A DNA stretch of 55,805 bases, the filler included, from Sphacelaria rigidula (lineage: Eukaryota), in NCBI GenBank assembly GCA_964200075.2. It is 4 parts of 4 records of this genome, joined end to end, with 100 filler letters (N's around TTAATTAATTAA, not from the genome) between each part and the next. Parts side by side here need not be neighbours in the genome. Positions count along the whole stretch, not along the records: positions 13,978 to 27,853 come from CAXNAA020002613.1; positions 27,954 to 41,829 come from CAXNAA020002614.1; 2 more parts are not named here. The stretch is one strand, 5' to 3'. The position numbers and the translations under genes were made by a program. Position 1 is the first letter of the stretch. The number at the start of each line of letters is the position of its first letter. Below are positions 25,446 through 37,970 of the stretch, piece by piece. The notes under the pieces are model-generated. The model was given only the letters and a program-made list of their open reading frames with translations. It made no database searches and had not been told where the DNA came from.

Positions 25446-27853
25446 TCAGCATCTCCTGACGTTGTACCGTACTGCTGTGGTAGTGACTCTTACCTGTGAG
25501 TTATGCATGGAATGAATTCCTTTGTTTGAGACTTTACAACTCGAGCGGTTGATTTTTATATATGTGCGTCATTCTTTGCACTGACGACTAGCCAGCAAAG
25601 CATGTTTTGGTTCTTCGTGAGGCTGGGGCCTAAAAGGGTCGGCCCCAAGCCTGCGAACCCCCCTGAGACGATTTCAGATGGCCTATGCTACATTATAAGC
25701 TCAGCAGAGCTGTTTTTTAGCTACAACACGAAACGTCTGTCATCAAGAACACGTGGGTGTTGGGCATATAGATGTCAGTAATCGTATCGGAGAGCCCTTG
25801 ATGGCTTTTTACCCTGCAGTGAAATGAGGAGTAGTATGTATTTGCTGGAAACAAAGGCAGGAAACAGTGAGCGTGCCATTGCTCTACCCTGAACACAATC
25901 AGGGTTGCACCGAAATAACTAAAAGTTCAAATGCGTGCCGATTTTCGCATGCGAAAGTCATGGTATAATTTATCAGCTGAAATCATCCGCAAAGTAGGTG
26001 TAGTCCACACGAGCGAGGTGCCCCAGAGGGAGGACCCAGGGCCAAACACGCGGCATATCCGAAAAACTGTGTTTCAAGGCTGGATCGTCGGCACAAGTTG
26101 CAGGCTAAGAACATGATTATGCCCCGCGTTCGGTGGTGTGCATGATGCTGCTCGATACGGGTGCCTTGCGGGCCCCATGGTACGACGATACGTGTCGACC
26201 ACGCTTCGCGTTCCAGCGCATCACCACGCCTAGGGCGTAGTATATGGAGCGTGCAATCCGCCTGAAAAAGAATAACCTCAATTGCTTTCGAAGAAAACGA
26301 GAACGGCACGATCGTTCGAATCCATATCTGGCGGCACAGCTGATGGATTTGAAATTGAAAAGTCCATCGTGATCAATAATAAGTCACTATAAAACGCTGA
26401 TGCAACGTCCGGTCTACAGACAGAACCCGTACCGTAATACTGCGCAACCGCATCTCATGTTTATTTTGATACTCTTCTACAGTAAACTCCCAATTTCTAG
26501 TGAAACTTTGATTGCGGATTTCTCGCCTGCGACTGCGCGATCCATCATGAACCTTTGTACACTAGTCGGACACGACACAGACAACATATGCGCGAAGCAT
26601 CCGCGCGATTGGGCCCCAGACTTTCATTCAACATCGCCACAAGCGATTTCGGGGAAATGCCGCCCATGCGCCCTCAAATCGGCTGTACAGCAGCCCACAC
26701 TTTTCGCATTACAGGAGAAGGCATATTTGCACACGCAGATGCACAAACTTAGACATGTTGAGCAGCCGGGCGGCCGAAGTGGTGGCGAGTTAATACCGGT
26801 CTGTTTCTGCGACCCTTTCTGGATCATGACCATCTTTAGTGTACCGATCGGCATACGGACCGTAGAGCTGCGCAGTTTATGACGCCCGGCCGTGCGCGCG
26901 CTGTAGCCGCTGCCAGGCGCTGGAACGTCGCCCATATGCTGTGCGAACCACAGTCAACACTTCCACGTCGCTATATCTGGTGCTGTGCGCTTCAGCAGTG
27001 CGCACTAGAGGGGAAAGCGGTTAGATTCTGTTCCGATTTTGTTTCAGGTGCAACACTGAATCTACTCTACGCTGCTGATGTCATTGCCTCGTTCCACAGC
27101 AACACTACAGTGTGAAGCTACGCTGGCAAAAAAAAAAAAGGGATCCAGCAGGCGGCCAAGACAACCAGCAGAGTAAAAGGCACGTTGTTTGTGCCCATGG
27201 TATCTACGGTGGGATTGTTGTGACCGAAATGACAAATGCGGCTAGCCCGCCAGGTAGGGCATCTTTGGTCCATGTGTAGGGAAATAAAAAAGCGCAATAC
27301 TGACAAATCACGGCTCTCAAAATGGTCACCACACTCCTCTTGGGCCTCGTTCCCGGCTTAGAATTTTGCTTGGAAGACTTCCAAATACGAATGGGTGACC
27401 TGGTGAGCGTTCCGGCTGTTGTGCGAACAGCACTTGCCCCCCCCCTCCCCGCCCCGTGGAAACCCGCGGATATCCCTCGACTGTGAGCCTGTGAAACTGT
27501 TCCGAGTACAAGCGCTAAGGGCCGTTATTATCGACAGATAAAAAAAAGTGGTGAAAGGCCTGAAATTTCGGCAATCGCCCACGTCTCATCATTATCTAGA
27601 TCTACTGTTGCTGAAAGATATCTCATTACAGATGGTGCTGATCTTGTCGTTTGCTTGCCTTCGCCCGCAAAATAAAGGGCAGGGTCATGCAACCTGCCCG
27701 TGTATGGTTTTCATAACTGTGGTAGACATCGTTCTCACAACCTCTCTGTGACACGGGGGGGGGGGGGGGCAGTCCGACAGGCTAGGGCGTGATCGACTGG
27801 CCCTCGGGGGGTGCGGCAGAAAGAAACATGAGGGAAAAAACAGAATGTAGAAA

Positions 27854-27953
27854 NNNNNNNNNNNNNNNNNNNNNNNNNNNNNNNNNNNNNNNNNNNNTTA
27901 ATTAATTAANNNNNNNNNNNNNNNNNNNNNNNNNNNNNNNNNNNNNNNNNNNN
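27854..27953. other. Artificial assembly linker
   Basis: 44 N + TTAATTAATTAA + 44 N. Confidence 0.95.
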
Positions 27954-28020
27954 AACTCGTCTGTGTCGATGAGATATTGCTCTGCCAGGTTAAATCCGTT
28001 TCTGGGCTGGCCCAGCTCGT
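27954..28020. mobile_element. Terminal fragment of the CGAG MITE family at a contig edge
   Basis: Diverged reverse complement of 24252-24318, ending 'gctggcccagctcg|ta'. Confidence 0.8.
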
Positions 28021-28786
28021 ACAACGGTCAAGAATGAAATCAGCGGATTAAAGTGGATTTTGACGATGATGAACAATGCTTCTCGTGAGATTGAAAGTAG
28101 AGGCTACGATTGAGAGTGAAAAGCGGTCAAATAGTAAATGAATCGTTTCAGTTCCGAAATGTTTCCTCCACGAGGCTCAGTATGATTTCTCTTGTGTAGC
28201 TTGCCACTGAGACCCTTGATATCCCTGAGTAGGATATCGACGTGTAGCTGTAACTACACGCCAGAACGCAAAAAAAGCATACACGGAATGAAATAATGGC
28301 CAAGTTAAAGCGAACGATCAAAGCCACTCTCAATCCGCGTTCTACTCTTTATCTCACGAAAACGTTCTTCATACTCCACTGTCTCCACTGTCTCTAACAA
28401 CAACGGTCGATCATCTCTCAACATGTTGCAATGATCTAGAGCTACTACACAAAACTGTACTTCTGAAGGAGAAGCTGGTGCGACGACGGACTGCTCCGAT
28501 GGCTACTAAATAACCTCATGGCCAGCAACATGAATCTAACAAGGGAAAAAAATCCCAGCCCCGCGTGCGAGTCGCAAAGCACCAAATATTATCATGATGA
28601 TCATCGGTTTAGAGTAAACCCTGTATACACAAACCAATAGAACACGAAGCCATCTAGAACACACCAGACATGAAATAGATAGATTCGTGACAAAACGCAC
28701 TCCTGGAACGGATAACTGCACAAACACCCCCACCACATCACCAGCGACACACGATTGAGCCAAGACAAGGACCAATACAGCAACCG

Positions 28787-30089
28787 TCATCGCTTTCTCC
28801 GACCGAGAGGCTGGAAATTAGGATTGTCCGGATCCTGCGCCGCAGCACGGGCCTTCCATCGCTCCATTTTCTCCTGTTTCTCAGCTTCCTTCTCCGCTTC
28901 TTCGCCTGCAGTCGACGCAACAGCCTTCCACTTATTTATCAAACTCGCAGCACCCTTCCGCTTCTTTCCTAGCGCTCCGGCGGCGCCCGACATACCTCCA
29001 CTGCCTGGTACTTTATTACTGCTCTTCCTCTTCTTCCCAGACGAAGGCACGGTTACCGCCGGCGCCGCAGCGGCGGCTGGGGCAGCAGCAGCGGCTACGG
29101 ACTTCAGCACGGGTGCCGCAGTCACCACCTCTGGAGAAGCAGACCGTTTCCCTCTCCCTGTCGGGGCGGCGGAGGCTGTCACTGCCGCTGCAGCCGTTAT
29201 CGCCGCCGTAGCCACCACGGGCCCAGCCGCCTCTGCCAGCTCCGTCGCGGCAACCGCCGCCTCTGCCTCGCGCTCCATTTCGGCAAGCTCGGCCGCTTCA
29301 GTTGCTTCCGCCGCCGCGGCTTCAGCGGCTGCTTGAGACGCCGCCCGCGCTTCCTCGGCAGCGACAACCGCGGGATCCGGGGGTGGGTCGTCGAAAAACT
29401 CTGAAGGTACATCGAATAGCTTCTGCTCATCGTCGTCTCCCGCCCACCGCAGAAACAGACCGTACCCAGGAGCGGATGCCGTGCAGGGCACCCAGTCTAC
29501 CCTAGCCGCAGCCGCCGGGTCGGACACCCCTTGACCCAGGTTTGCAGCCGCCGATGCCGCCCATTCAGGGCCGAGGTTTAACGTGGTCATGTAGTAACCC
29601 CCGCCGAGGTTGCGGTACTCGCGAGGGCCGTACCCTGTCAGGAGACCCGACAGAGCGAGCCCATCCCAAACGTCACCAGCGTCTGACCACCACACGAGCG
29701 TCTTGGGTCTCAGGTTCACGGCTGCGAAGGCCACATCCGGTGTACCGGCAGCGGTGGCGGTGTCGCTGGCTGGCGGATCCGGGGCAACCGCGGAATGTTC
29801 GTCAGTGGCTGGTGTTAGGTTGGGTTCGACAGTCGCGGCGGCGACGACGATCGAGTCCCCCTTGCTGTTAGAAGCAGCAGACTCCTTCCGTATAGGTGCA
29901 CTCTCTGAAGCGGTAGATTTGCTTTCGGATTTCGAGGTGGTCTTGGCAGATGTGGCAGAAACGCCGGTATCTTCAGTGGCATCGTCGGCGGGCGTCGGGG
30001 TCTCCGGTAACACCCACGTTGTCTCATCGGTCTCGGTGTTGTGGTAATAATACGCCGCGTGTGCTTGGTCCCACACAGGCACCCAAGGA
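28787..30089 (-). CDS. FNBP4: FNBP4-like exon 4 (WW3, uncharacterised globular segment, conserved C-terminus)
   Basis: Acceptor aaaacag|TCCTTGG. WW 'PWVPVWDQAHAAYYYHNTETDETTWVLP'. Stop at 28787. Confidence 0.85.
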
Positions 30090-33000
30090 CTGTTTTGATC
30101 GCAATCACACGGAGCCAGGCGTCAACAATAGAACAAGGGGGGTACAAGCCAGCCGACAGGCACGGTGTACAAGCGCGCACACCCACGCGAGAGCGGAAAG
30201 GGAATAGGAGGGGGGGGGGGGGGGGGGGAAGGGGGGGAACGGCAGGAATCACAACGGGGGGAAACTGAAGGCGGGGCAACCCGCTGGTTGGTGCTGAGAA
30301 GGATGCNNNNNNNNNNGGGGGGGGGGGGGGGGGCGAGCGCGGGGGGGGGGGGGGAGGGGGGGGGGGGGGGGGGGGGGGGGCGGCAATGGGGGAACGTCAG
30401 GAATCACAACGGGTGGACCATTAAGGCGGCGCAACCCTGTCGTTGATGCTGCGAAGGATGCTACCACTCACCTGACCTCCAATCAGCACCAGAAGATCCC
30501 ACGCAGCATGGACACCGTATCTCCGTTGAGGAAAGGGGAGGGCTGAAAAACGAGGGTCAAATTGTTGGAGCACTCCGCGGTCATTCTCCCTCACCGCGTG
30601 GCGTATCGTTGGCCAGGTAGTGAGCAAGCGGTGCACACATACATGAAACGGCTCAAGAACATTCCACGTGGGGAACCAGCAACCACAGCCCCGCCATTAC
30701 TGGCGACAAAGTTAGAACGACCTTCGCCTCACACCACGTACAAACCGTGATCAGATGCGTTCACAGTCACAAACAAGATGCCTCCAACTGTTTTCTCCCT
30801 GTTTCCTGCTATGGAAAAACAGACATTGGACACACAACGGAATGGCGGCAAAACGAGCGAGCCCGGAGACACGATCGCCCCTCTCCATCCCAGCGCACGT
30901 CGTTCTCCCCCGTCCTGTTACATCCAAGAACGGTCGATATAGTGGTGAAAAAGCTCGCCCTTCCACTGCCACCAGTCCGTCTCCCGCTTGGCGCTGGAGC
31001 AATGCCCGCGATTGGTCGGCCATAAATTCCTCCGAATCCATCCCCTCCGGTGACGCAGTCAGGAACACGAGAGGGGCGCGAACCAAAGCAAGAACAAAAC
31101 AGCGTGCAATCGAGAACTTGGACAGGACAGCCAATTTGCCCCGGACAAAAAAAACACAGTAACTCAATACTAGCCCAGCCGATGATCGACGCCGGCTGGA
31201 TGCTCGAAACATCAACCTAGACCGGCTTCCCTTCCATGACGAAATCACGTTGTACCCGTACCTCGGTATGGTTTCTTCTGCACTCCCCGTAGCCGCAACT
31301 GGCGCTTCGCCATTTCCCTCCACCGCCGATTTTGTCCTACCACCCGAAGCCTTTTCCTCGATGGACGCAACAGCGGCATGATCTCCATCACCGCTGCTTC
31401 CGCTCCCAAGTTGAGCCTTCGTCGAAGACGCCCTTCCACGTCCTACTCCATCATCGCGATGCGGCGCTTCGCCATTTCCCTCCGTCGCCGATGTTGTCCC
31501 ACCACCCGAAGCCTTTTCCTCGATGGATGCAGCAGCGATATGATCTCCATCACCTCTGCTTCTGCTCCCGCGTTGAGCCTTCGTTGACGACACCCTTTCA
31601 CGTCCTACTCCGTCATCGCTGCTGGGACCATTGTGTCGCCGCCGTCGCGTCCTCGAGCCTTGCTTCTTCGTCTTACCTAGAACGGAAGGTTCCTCGGAAG
31701 TATCCCTATCTTGTGTGCCTTTCGTCTTGGCAGAAGAAGTGACTGGTTGTTCAATATCGGAGCTGGCTTCGGCAGAAGCAGAAGCAGAACTCGAGCACTC
31801 CGCCCGCGGCGGCGGCGGTTCCGCATTAGTGGGGGGCACCCAAGTTGTTTCGTCGGTGGCGAGGTTATGGTAGTAGAACGCCCGTTGGGTCTCGTCGTAG
31901 ACTGCCGCCCAGCCACTGCGGTCGCGGGAGATACGAGGGCACGAGACCGTTTGCAGTCGACAGGGGAGGAGCAGATTGAGGTCCACCGGGATGAGGAGCA
32001 AAAGGGCAAAGCATGAAGAAGAGATTGGCTACGGGGCAGAAGCATGTGCATCTTGCATCAAAGAGAACACGCCACATGTTCGACTCCTCGAGACATCTGC
32101 ACTGCTACTCATGCAGGGGGCAAATCTGGAGAAAATGTCTAGGGCAACATGGGGGCAGAAATCGACGAAAAATGTCCGTCGTATGGGATATACACTTTTT
32201 GCCGGGTAAATACCCGGGATCGGAGAGTGAGACGCAATCAAACCAACAAAAAACGAGCAATCCGCCCCGGCCCCGTCGCTACGCTCATCTCCACAATCCC
32301 GAGACATCCATGTTACTGCAGTACTCGAGGATGCACAGACTTCGTTTCGACATAAAAAAGGAGGGTTGCTGTCGCGAACCTGGGAAGAGTGATACCATCC
32401 CCGGCCGCGACCGACGGTCCCTTGCTGCTAACATCCGCATCTGCAGCGCCGGCATCAGTCTTGGGCTCCTTCTTGTCACTGGCCTTGGCTTCTTTACCGC
32501 TGGCCTCTTCCGCAAGCCCCGTTTTGGTCTCCCCGCCATCGTCACCACCGTCCCCTGGTGACTCCGAGCTAAGAAGCGCATGGGCAGAATCATCGGAAAC
32601 GTCGGTGGCTTTCTTAGCATCGTCACTACCAACAACTACCGTAGAATCTTCTACCGTTGCTGGTACGTGCTTGCTGCGGCCCCTTCGCCGCGACTTCAAG
32701 TTCTTTCCGCTTGGCTCAGCTTCGGTGATGTCCATTGCTTTGGCTACGTCCTCCGACTTGACTGCGTGTGTAGATTTGGTCCTGTCCTTTGCCTTGGCTC
32801 GGGCTTTTTCCCTCGCTTGGGCTTCGGCTCGCTTAGCCTGGGACACGGCGGCGGCGGCGGCGACAGCGGCCGCAGCGGCGGCCGAAACCTCGTCTGCCCA
32901 CTTGAGCTTGTCGGCGGCTTGCTCTGCTCGTAGTGCCTCCATATTGCTCTCCGTTTCCGCCCCCACAGTTTCCTTATCATTGCCATCGGAGCCTGTTTCA

Positions 33001-35440
33001 CTCCCTAACTTTTCGCCAGCCACCGACGCCACATTCACCTGCTCTGTTGTCGCCGACACTTCTTCACTTTCCTTGTCGCTAACTTCCGATTTTTGTTTTT
33101 GCAGCGACTTCGGGGACTCTTCTGTGGGGTCCTCTGATGGTTCCATGGCACCAACAGGACTATCGGCAGCCTGTTGTGGAGGAGTGGTCGGCGTTGCTAG
33201 AGATCCGTCAGTGGTCGCGGACATCTCCTCCAGTCGCCGAACAAGGAACGCCCCACCAAGCCCCCCTGCATGGAACATTGAGCGGAACACAGAGAAGGGA
33301 ACAACGGGTGAGGCAATCGTTGATCGGGCTCTATCAACCAGGCCTGCAGGGTATCATTGACGCCAATGTACTATGATTCTAGATTCGGTTGACAGATATG
33401 TGTATCGTACACAGCAGAAACCACAGTTTTCGTCCTGGGGACTCAGCAGTCATATCAGGTGTGAGCTAACTGATGACCACCAATAGATGCCCTTCAACAA
33501 AATGAGCAGTACAGCACAGTGTAGAGCTACTGCATCGAAGTGCAACGGAGGAGGCGTACACTGGCGGAGTACATGTAGTAAGTACAGTACACAAGGTGTT
33601 TCCTGATATGTTACTAAAATCTACAGTGATGAACAATAGTGTAACCAACCAGGATAGGGTACAACAATCAGATATTCCCACCGAGCCGTGGAAACGATCA
33701 CATCTGTGTACCGATCAGTCTAACAAAGCGGATAGAGGAAGCGCAAAGAGCCCTGTATGCTGGAAAGCAAACAGATCAGAATGCAACTTGTGCAACAACA
33801 CCACGACCTTCGCAAGAACGGGAAGGCATTACGACAGGCCTGCCACAAGAGGTGGATGGGGTATCCTCCTTGCACTAGTGAAGTGTGAAATGCAGCCTGT
33901 GAGAAAAACAGGTGCCGAACCCACGACCGCCCAGGGCTACGCATCTCGAAAAATATCAAAATCTCTCACCATCTTGCCAATCAGCTAAGCGCGCCCGGAG
34001 CACCGCCGCCATCTCCGAAGCCACGGACGTGAATTTACCCCTGCCATCTTTATCTCTACCCCCACCACCACTATTCTCTGATCTTGCCTTTTCCTGGGCT
34101 GCCTCTTCATGGGCCCGCGACAGCGACGCTTGGAGATCGGCATACGCCTTGCGAGCTCGGGCCTGAAGCCCTGCCGGCGATGCCTTCTCCAGGGCCGAAA
34201 AATCGAACGCGTCGGGTAGTAGCGGGTCGGTTTTGGCTTCGTCAACAGGCCCGCCGTCTGCGCCGTCTGCGCCGCCGCCTCCGCCGCTGTCACCACTGCC
34301 GCTATCATCGCCGCAACCGCCGGCACCGGACAAGAGCTCAGCTTCAATTCCCGCGAAGAGGTCATCGAGGCCTTCAGGAGCGACGGCGGTGGGAGCCGAC
34401 ACAGGCGAGGCCGTAGCATGGCTTGCTGGGTGCTCATTTCCTTCTGGCGTCTTCATCACCTCGCCCTCTTCCATGCCTCCATGAGCTTCAACACTTCCAT
34501 TCTCCTCGGTAGAAGCGAGAGTGCCGTCGGGTGTGCCGTTTTTTTTCACTGTTGTACTAAGACTGCCGGGCTGGAGATCATTGCTCCTTTCGCTGCTTGC
34601 GCTGGTGCTCCTGCTGGTGCCGGCAATACTGCTGCCCGGCTTGGGGTCTTTTCTGGCCGCCCCCTTACTGACACCGTGAGTATCGTCAACGTCCATATCA
34701 CCGCGGTCTTCAACTTCCATTGCTTGTGGGCGGGTCGCCAAGTCATCTGAATTCGCGCTCAAGGGATCCTGCTTGTCTTCATCGGGCTCACTGGCGGTGT
34801 CGCTTGTAGCATCGCTGGCGACGTCTTCAACAAGTGGGGACGTTGCGCCCGCTGCGGCTGTTGCTACTGGTACCGGTGTCGATATATCTGCAGCCGCCTT
34901 GGTCGCCGGCACTTGCCCAGGTTTTTCCCAAGTAGTCTCTCCTGTTTCTGTGTTCCAGAAGTAGACCAGCCCCGCCGTGTCAAGGCACTGCTGCCAGCCG
35001 ACGGGTAAAACGGCGGCAGCGGCGGCAGTGGCAGCGGCGGTTATACCAGATGCTGAGGCGGGTTCACCGCGAGCATCATCAGCTGGTTCGACTTTATCGG
35101 CCGAAGTCGAGGATGGTTCACTAGGTACCGCTGCTCTTGCCGGGAATTCTGGGTCGTCCGAATCCGATGCATAAGACAGTAAACCCGCCAAGGGGTTGCT
35201 TCTCCCACTACCGGTACCGTTAGTCTGGGAGGCTGGTGGTGTTGCCGGTAATGTTGCTGCTGGTTCTGCTTCTCCTAGTGGGGTGCCTTGGTCAGATGCC
35301 CTGGATGTCGATGACGACGAAGATGGAGCCGTCATGGAGGCGGATGAGGATTCGACATCACCACCTCGACCAGCAGCATCTGTTTCTTTCTTTGCCTGGT
35401 TGGCTTTTGTTTTCGACGTGCCCACCGGGCGACGGCCCAT
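28787..35440 (-). CDS. FNBP4: FNBP4 (formin-binding protein 4)-like WW-domain protein, 4 exons: join(35440-33970, 33265-32380, 31915-31262, 30089-28787), 4314 nt, 1437 aa, three WW domains
   Basis: All three introns are GT-AG and phase-compatible (1, 2, 2). Splicing reconstitutes 'RLADWQD/GGLGGAFLVRRL' (cf. the FNBP4 DWREGALxxxYLKRKL block) and two split WW domains. Other FNBP4-like motifs are the N-terminal 'LLSYASDSDD' and the C-terminal 'SLINKWK...MERWK...NPNFQPL'. Confidence 0.85.
31262..31915 (-). CDS. FNBP4: FNBP4-like exon 3 (WW2, contains a 162-bp tandem duplication)
   Basis: Acceptor accgcag|TGGC and donor CCGAG|gtacgg. WW 'GWAAVYDETQRAFYYHNLATDETTWVPP'. Confidence 0.8.
32380..33265 (-). 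CDS. FNBP4: FNBP4-like exon 2 (acidic, Ala-rich and coiled-coil-like linker)
   Basis: Acceptor catgcag|GGGGG and donor CCCAG|gttcgc. Open frame throughout. Confidence 0.8.
33970..35440 (-). CDS. FNBP4: FNBP4-like exon 1 (WW1 at ~34919-35008)
   Basis: ATG at 35440. WW 'LPVGWQQCLDTAGLVYFWNTETGETTWEKP'. Donor GATG|gtgaga. Confidence 0.85.
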
Positions 35441-36017
35441 AATAGCGTAGCTCAACGACAACACCCTAGCCTTCTTCCTTCTGTCCTCTGTCCTCTGTGT
35501 GCTGGGAGAAGGGTGAATTAAAACCTCACATGTACCATTTGATTACACTGAGAAATATTATAGGGGTACCCAGGACAAACTTATGGGTACCTTAGAGAAC
35601 GATTGAGAATGAGTGAGACTGAAACGGACGCAACACAGCCTTGTGTTGCCCAGTGGGTGAACCTGTTGTAGCTCTGTGCGGTTCGTTGATTGTGCTCAGT
35701 ACGATACCTTCTGTCCGACACCTGCCCTGTGTATGCTACACGCGCGGGACGACTGCCCCGTGCTGCTTTCACCCGGTGACAGTATAAAAAGGATCAGCTG
35801 CGCTGTGCTGTAAATAGTTAGCTCCTTGTGCCAAGTTTGGGGCGACCAATACCATCGACACACTGCTCCAGTTTTCAGTTTACAGACAGTACGGCAGACA
35901 TTGTGCAACTACACGGACAGTGAGTACAGTATTCGACGGTTGCTGCTGTACGGACGGACGACCCTACACACTACAGCAGAGTCAGTTGCACAGAGAGCGG
36001 GCCAGGAAACACACACG

Positions 36018-36068
36018 ATGGCAGCTGCAACTGGAGAGGATAAGCCGTCTGCTGGACATCCAGTAAAG
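36018..36068 (+). CDS. Candidate first coding exon of a divergently transcribed gene (MAAATGEDKPSAGHPVK)
   Basis: ATG in 'acacgATGG' context followed by the strong donor AAG|gtgaga, 577 bp from the FNBP4-like ATG. No downstream exons identified. Confidence 0.3.
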
Positions 36069-37831
36069 GTGAGAAGAGGGTGGTGTCAGAGTACCCCTGG
36101 GTTACGTCGTTCTTGGATACTGATATATGACGAGATTGTCCCCTGTCCAAAAAGCAAGATATTGTAGCCTTTGCACAGGTCAAAAGGTGGTATGATCGTA
36201 AGCTGTACTCTCCAGTGTCAGGGAGAATCTACGAAAAACGACGAAGCATGGGCAGTGTTGGTGGCGGGTTGTGACATGCTTTGTGTAGAATGCCTCTCGG
36301 TAGAAGGTCGTACAGGCATCTGGGCAATTCTCAATCTTTCGTGTACCCACACAGCTGCTTCGACGAACAGGTGTCTGTGTAGGTGAATGATTTGTCGTGT
36401 ATGCTCTGTGTGCACACCTTTGAAAGCGCTGACGACGATAAAGCTACTTGCTGAACCAACCTGCTGATACTATATCTACTACTGTTGTCTGTGTCTCCTG
36501 TCTATTACACCAAGCACCAATTTGCTCGGTCGACATTTTGTTCATCCGTACTATTTGGATCGTCCTTGTTCTGTGCAACCCTCGGGGCAGTCTCTGCGCG
36601 CTGTGATCGACCGGTGTCGGGTCGTGATATCGGTACGATCTTACGTAGCTGCGGCAAGAACGGTAGAGTAGTAGTGGGTGGTGTTGAACAATGTTGAAAC
36701 ACTACAGCCAGCGCATCAAGTCGACAGCAGCAGGTTATACCGTCGACAGTAAGTGGATATCGCTGTGGAGCGTCACGTATCACTCTTAACTCCATCCATA
36801 CATTATACATGGCGTTCGTTCACCAAGGACCATGGCAGTGGCGTTTTACTCCGTGGTCTGCAGTACGCACCTTTACCTACCGTATGAGTGCGAAGTACAG
36901 CAGTAGTACGCTGGACGAGTGTTCAAACCAACCAACAGAGTCAGTTGAGTAGTTGTGGGGCCAGCTCTTGACACAATACAGCACAGTAGTAGTACAGTAC
37001 GCAGGGCAGTACGATCAGTTCAGAACGCTGTACAGACGCCGCGTTATAGTACAGTAGTACAGTACAGTACAGTGCGGTCATGTAGGAGCTAGGCCACACA
37101 AACGAACACGTGGATGATATGCCTAAACCCGAAGCTCAGGCATACACAGTAGTGTAAGTACATGCCAGACAACGTATTATACCAGGCACACAAACAGCCA
37201 ACCTACGTAACTCACGAGGTTGCAGGATCTACAGTCTCGAAACGGGTGGCGTTTGTCCAACACTAATTTCAGCCCCCCCAAGAATGAGCAAGGCTTCTCT
37301 TACCCCCCGCACAAACTCGGTATCCATCTCCCTGCGTATTATCACCCACCAATTCATTTGTCCGCGGCGGTGGGGTGACTTGAGACATTTTCACATGCCT
37401 ACAAGTCATTGCCACGATTTGATTTGGATCCGCTCTACAACCAACAGCTAGCTCTGTAGCATGTCTGAGTATAGCACATTTTGTGCGCTTCGAGAAGGTT
37501 CGTCCACTTGACAACGGTAGTGCTCTCGTTCACCCAACCCTCATGTTCCATTCTATTTTGCTCGCATCCCCTTGCTACCCCCGTGTTATCTAACGTCACC
37601 AGAGGCGGGGGATTTGTATCTCACGCTTCCTGTCATTGGTCGGTTACTGTTTTGGCCATTCACTTGCTGGCCTGCATTTTCTATTCATTTTGCAAGTGCT
37701 CGATGCATACCCCTCGATCCCAGCATCGCAATACCCGTCGAGTTCCCAGCATCATACCCCCTACCGACGAGCTTCCTCTTCTGTCACTACATGTCAGACC
37801 AACCATTATCGACACTGTTTTTTGGGCATAT

Positions 37832-37970
37832 CCACACCATGGACAACAGATTTTAGTGTAAAAAAATGTACTGCGTACAGTATCTACTATTGCGCCTAAT
37901 GCAATAGACATGGATTCCATACTGTACGCAGTACACTTTTTGACTGTGTATTCTTTTGTCCAGGGTATGG
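37832..37970. mobile_element. Palindromic ~140-bp MITE (copy 1)
   Basis: Arms 'ccacaccatggacaacaga...gtactgcgtacagtat' / 'atactgtacgcagtac...tcttttgtccagggtatgg'. Flanks gcatat / atatat. Confidence 0.8.

Noticed and set aside
30205-30461. Poly-G tracts, a ~72-bp duplication and a poly-Pro ORF as a possible extra FNBP4 exon or G-quadruplex
   Set aside because: The two copies flank an N gap and the first looks G-contaminated after a homopolymer, so this is probably a sequencing or assembly artefact. Exon 3 splices cleanly to exon 4 without it.
30950-31045. Possible additional exon (RGWIRRNLWP...) in intron 3
   Set aside because: It needs a weak GAG acceptor and a non-canonical donor, and it would disrupt the intact WW3 reconstruction.
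32389-33360. 323-aa plus-strand ORF (also 28755-29336)
   Set aside because: Antisense shadows of GC-rich, Ala/Ser-rich FNBP4-like exons.
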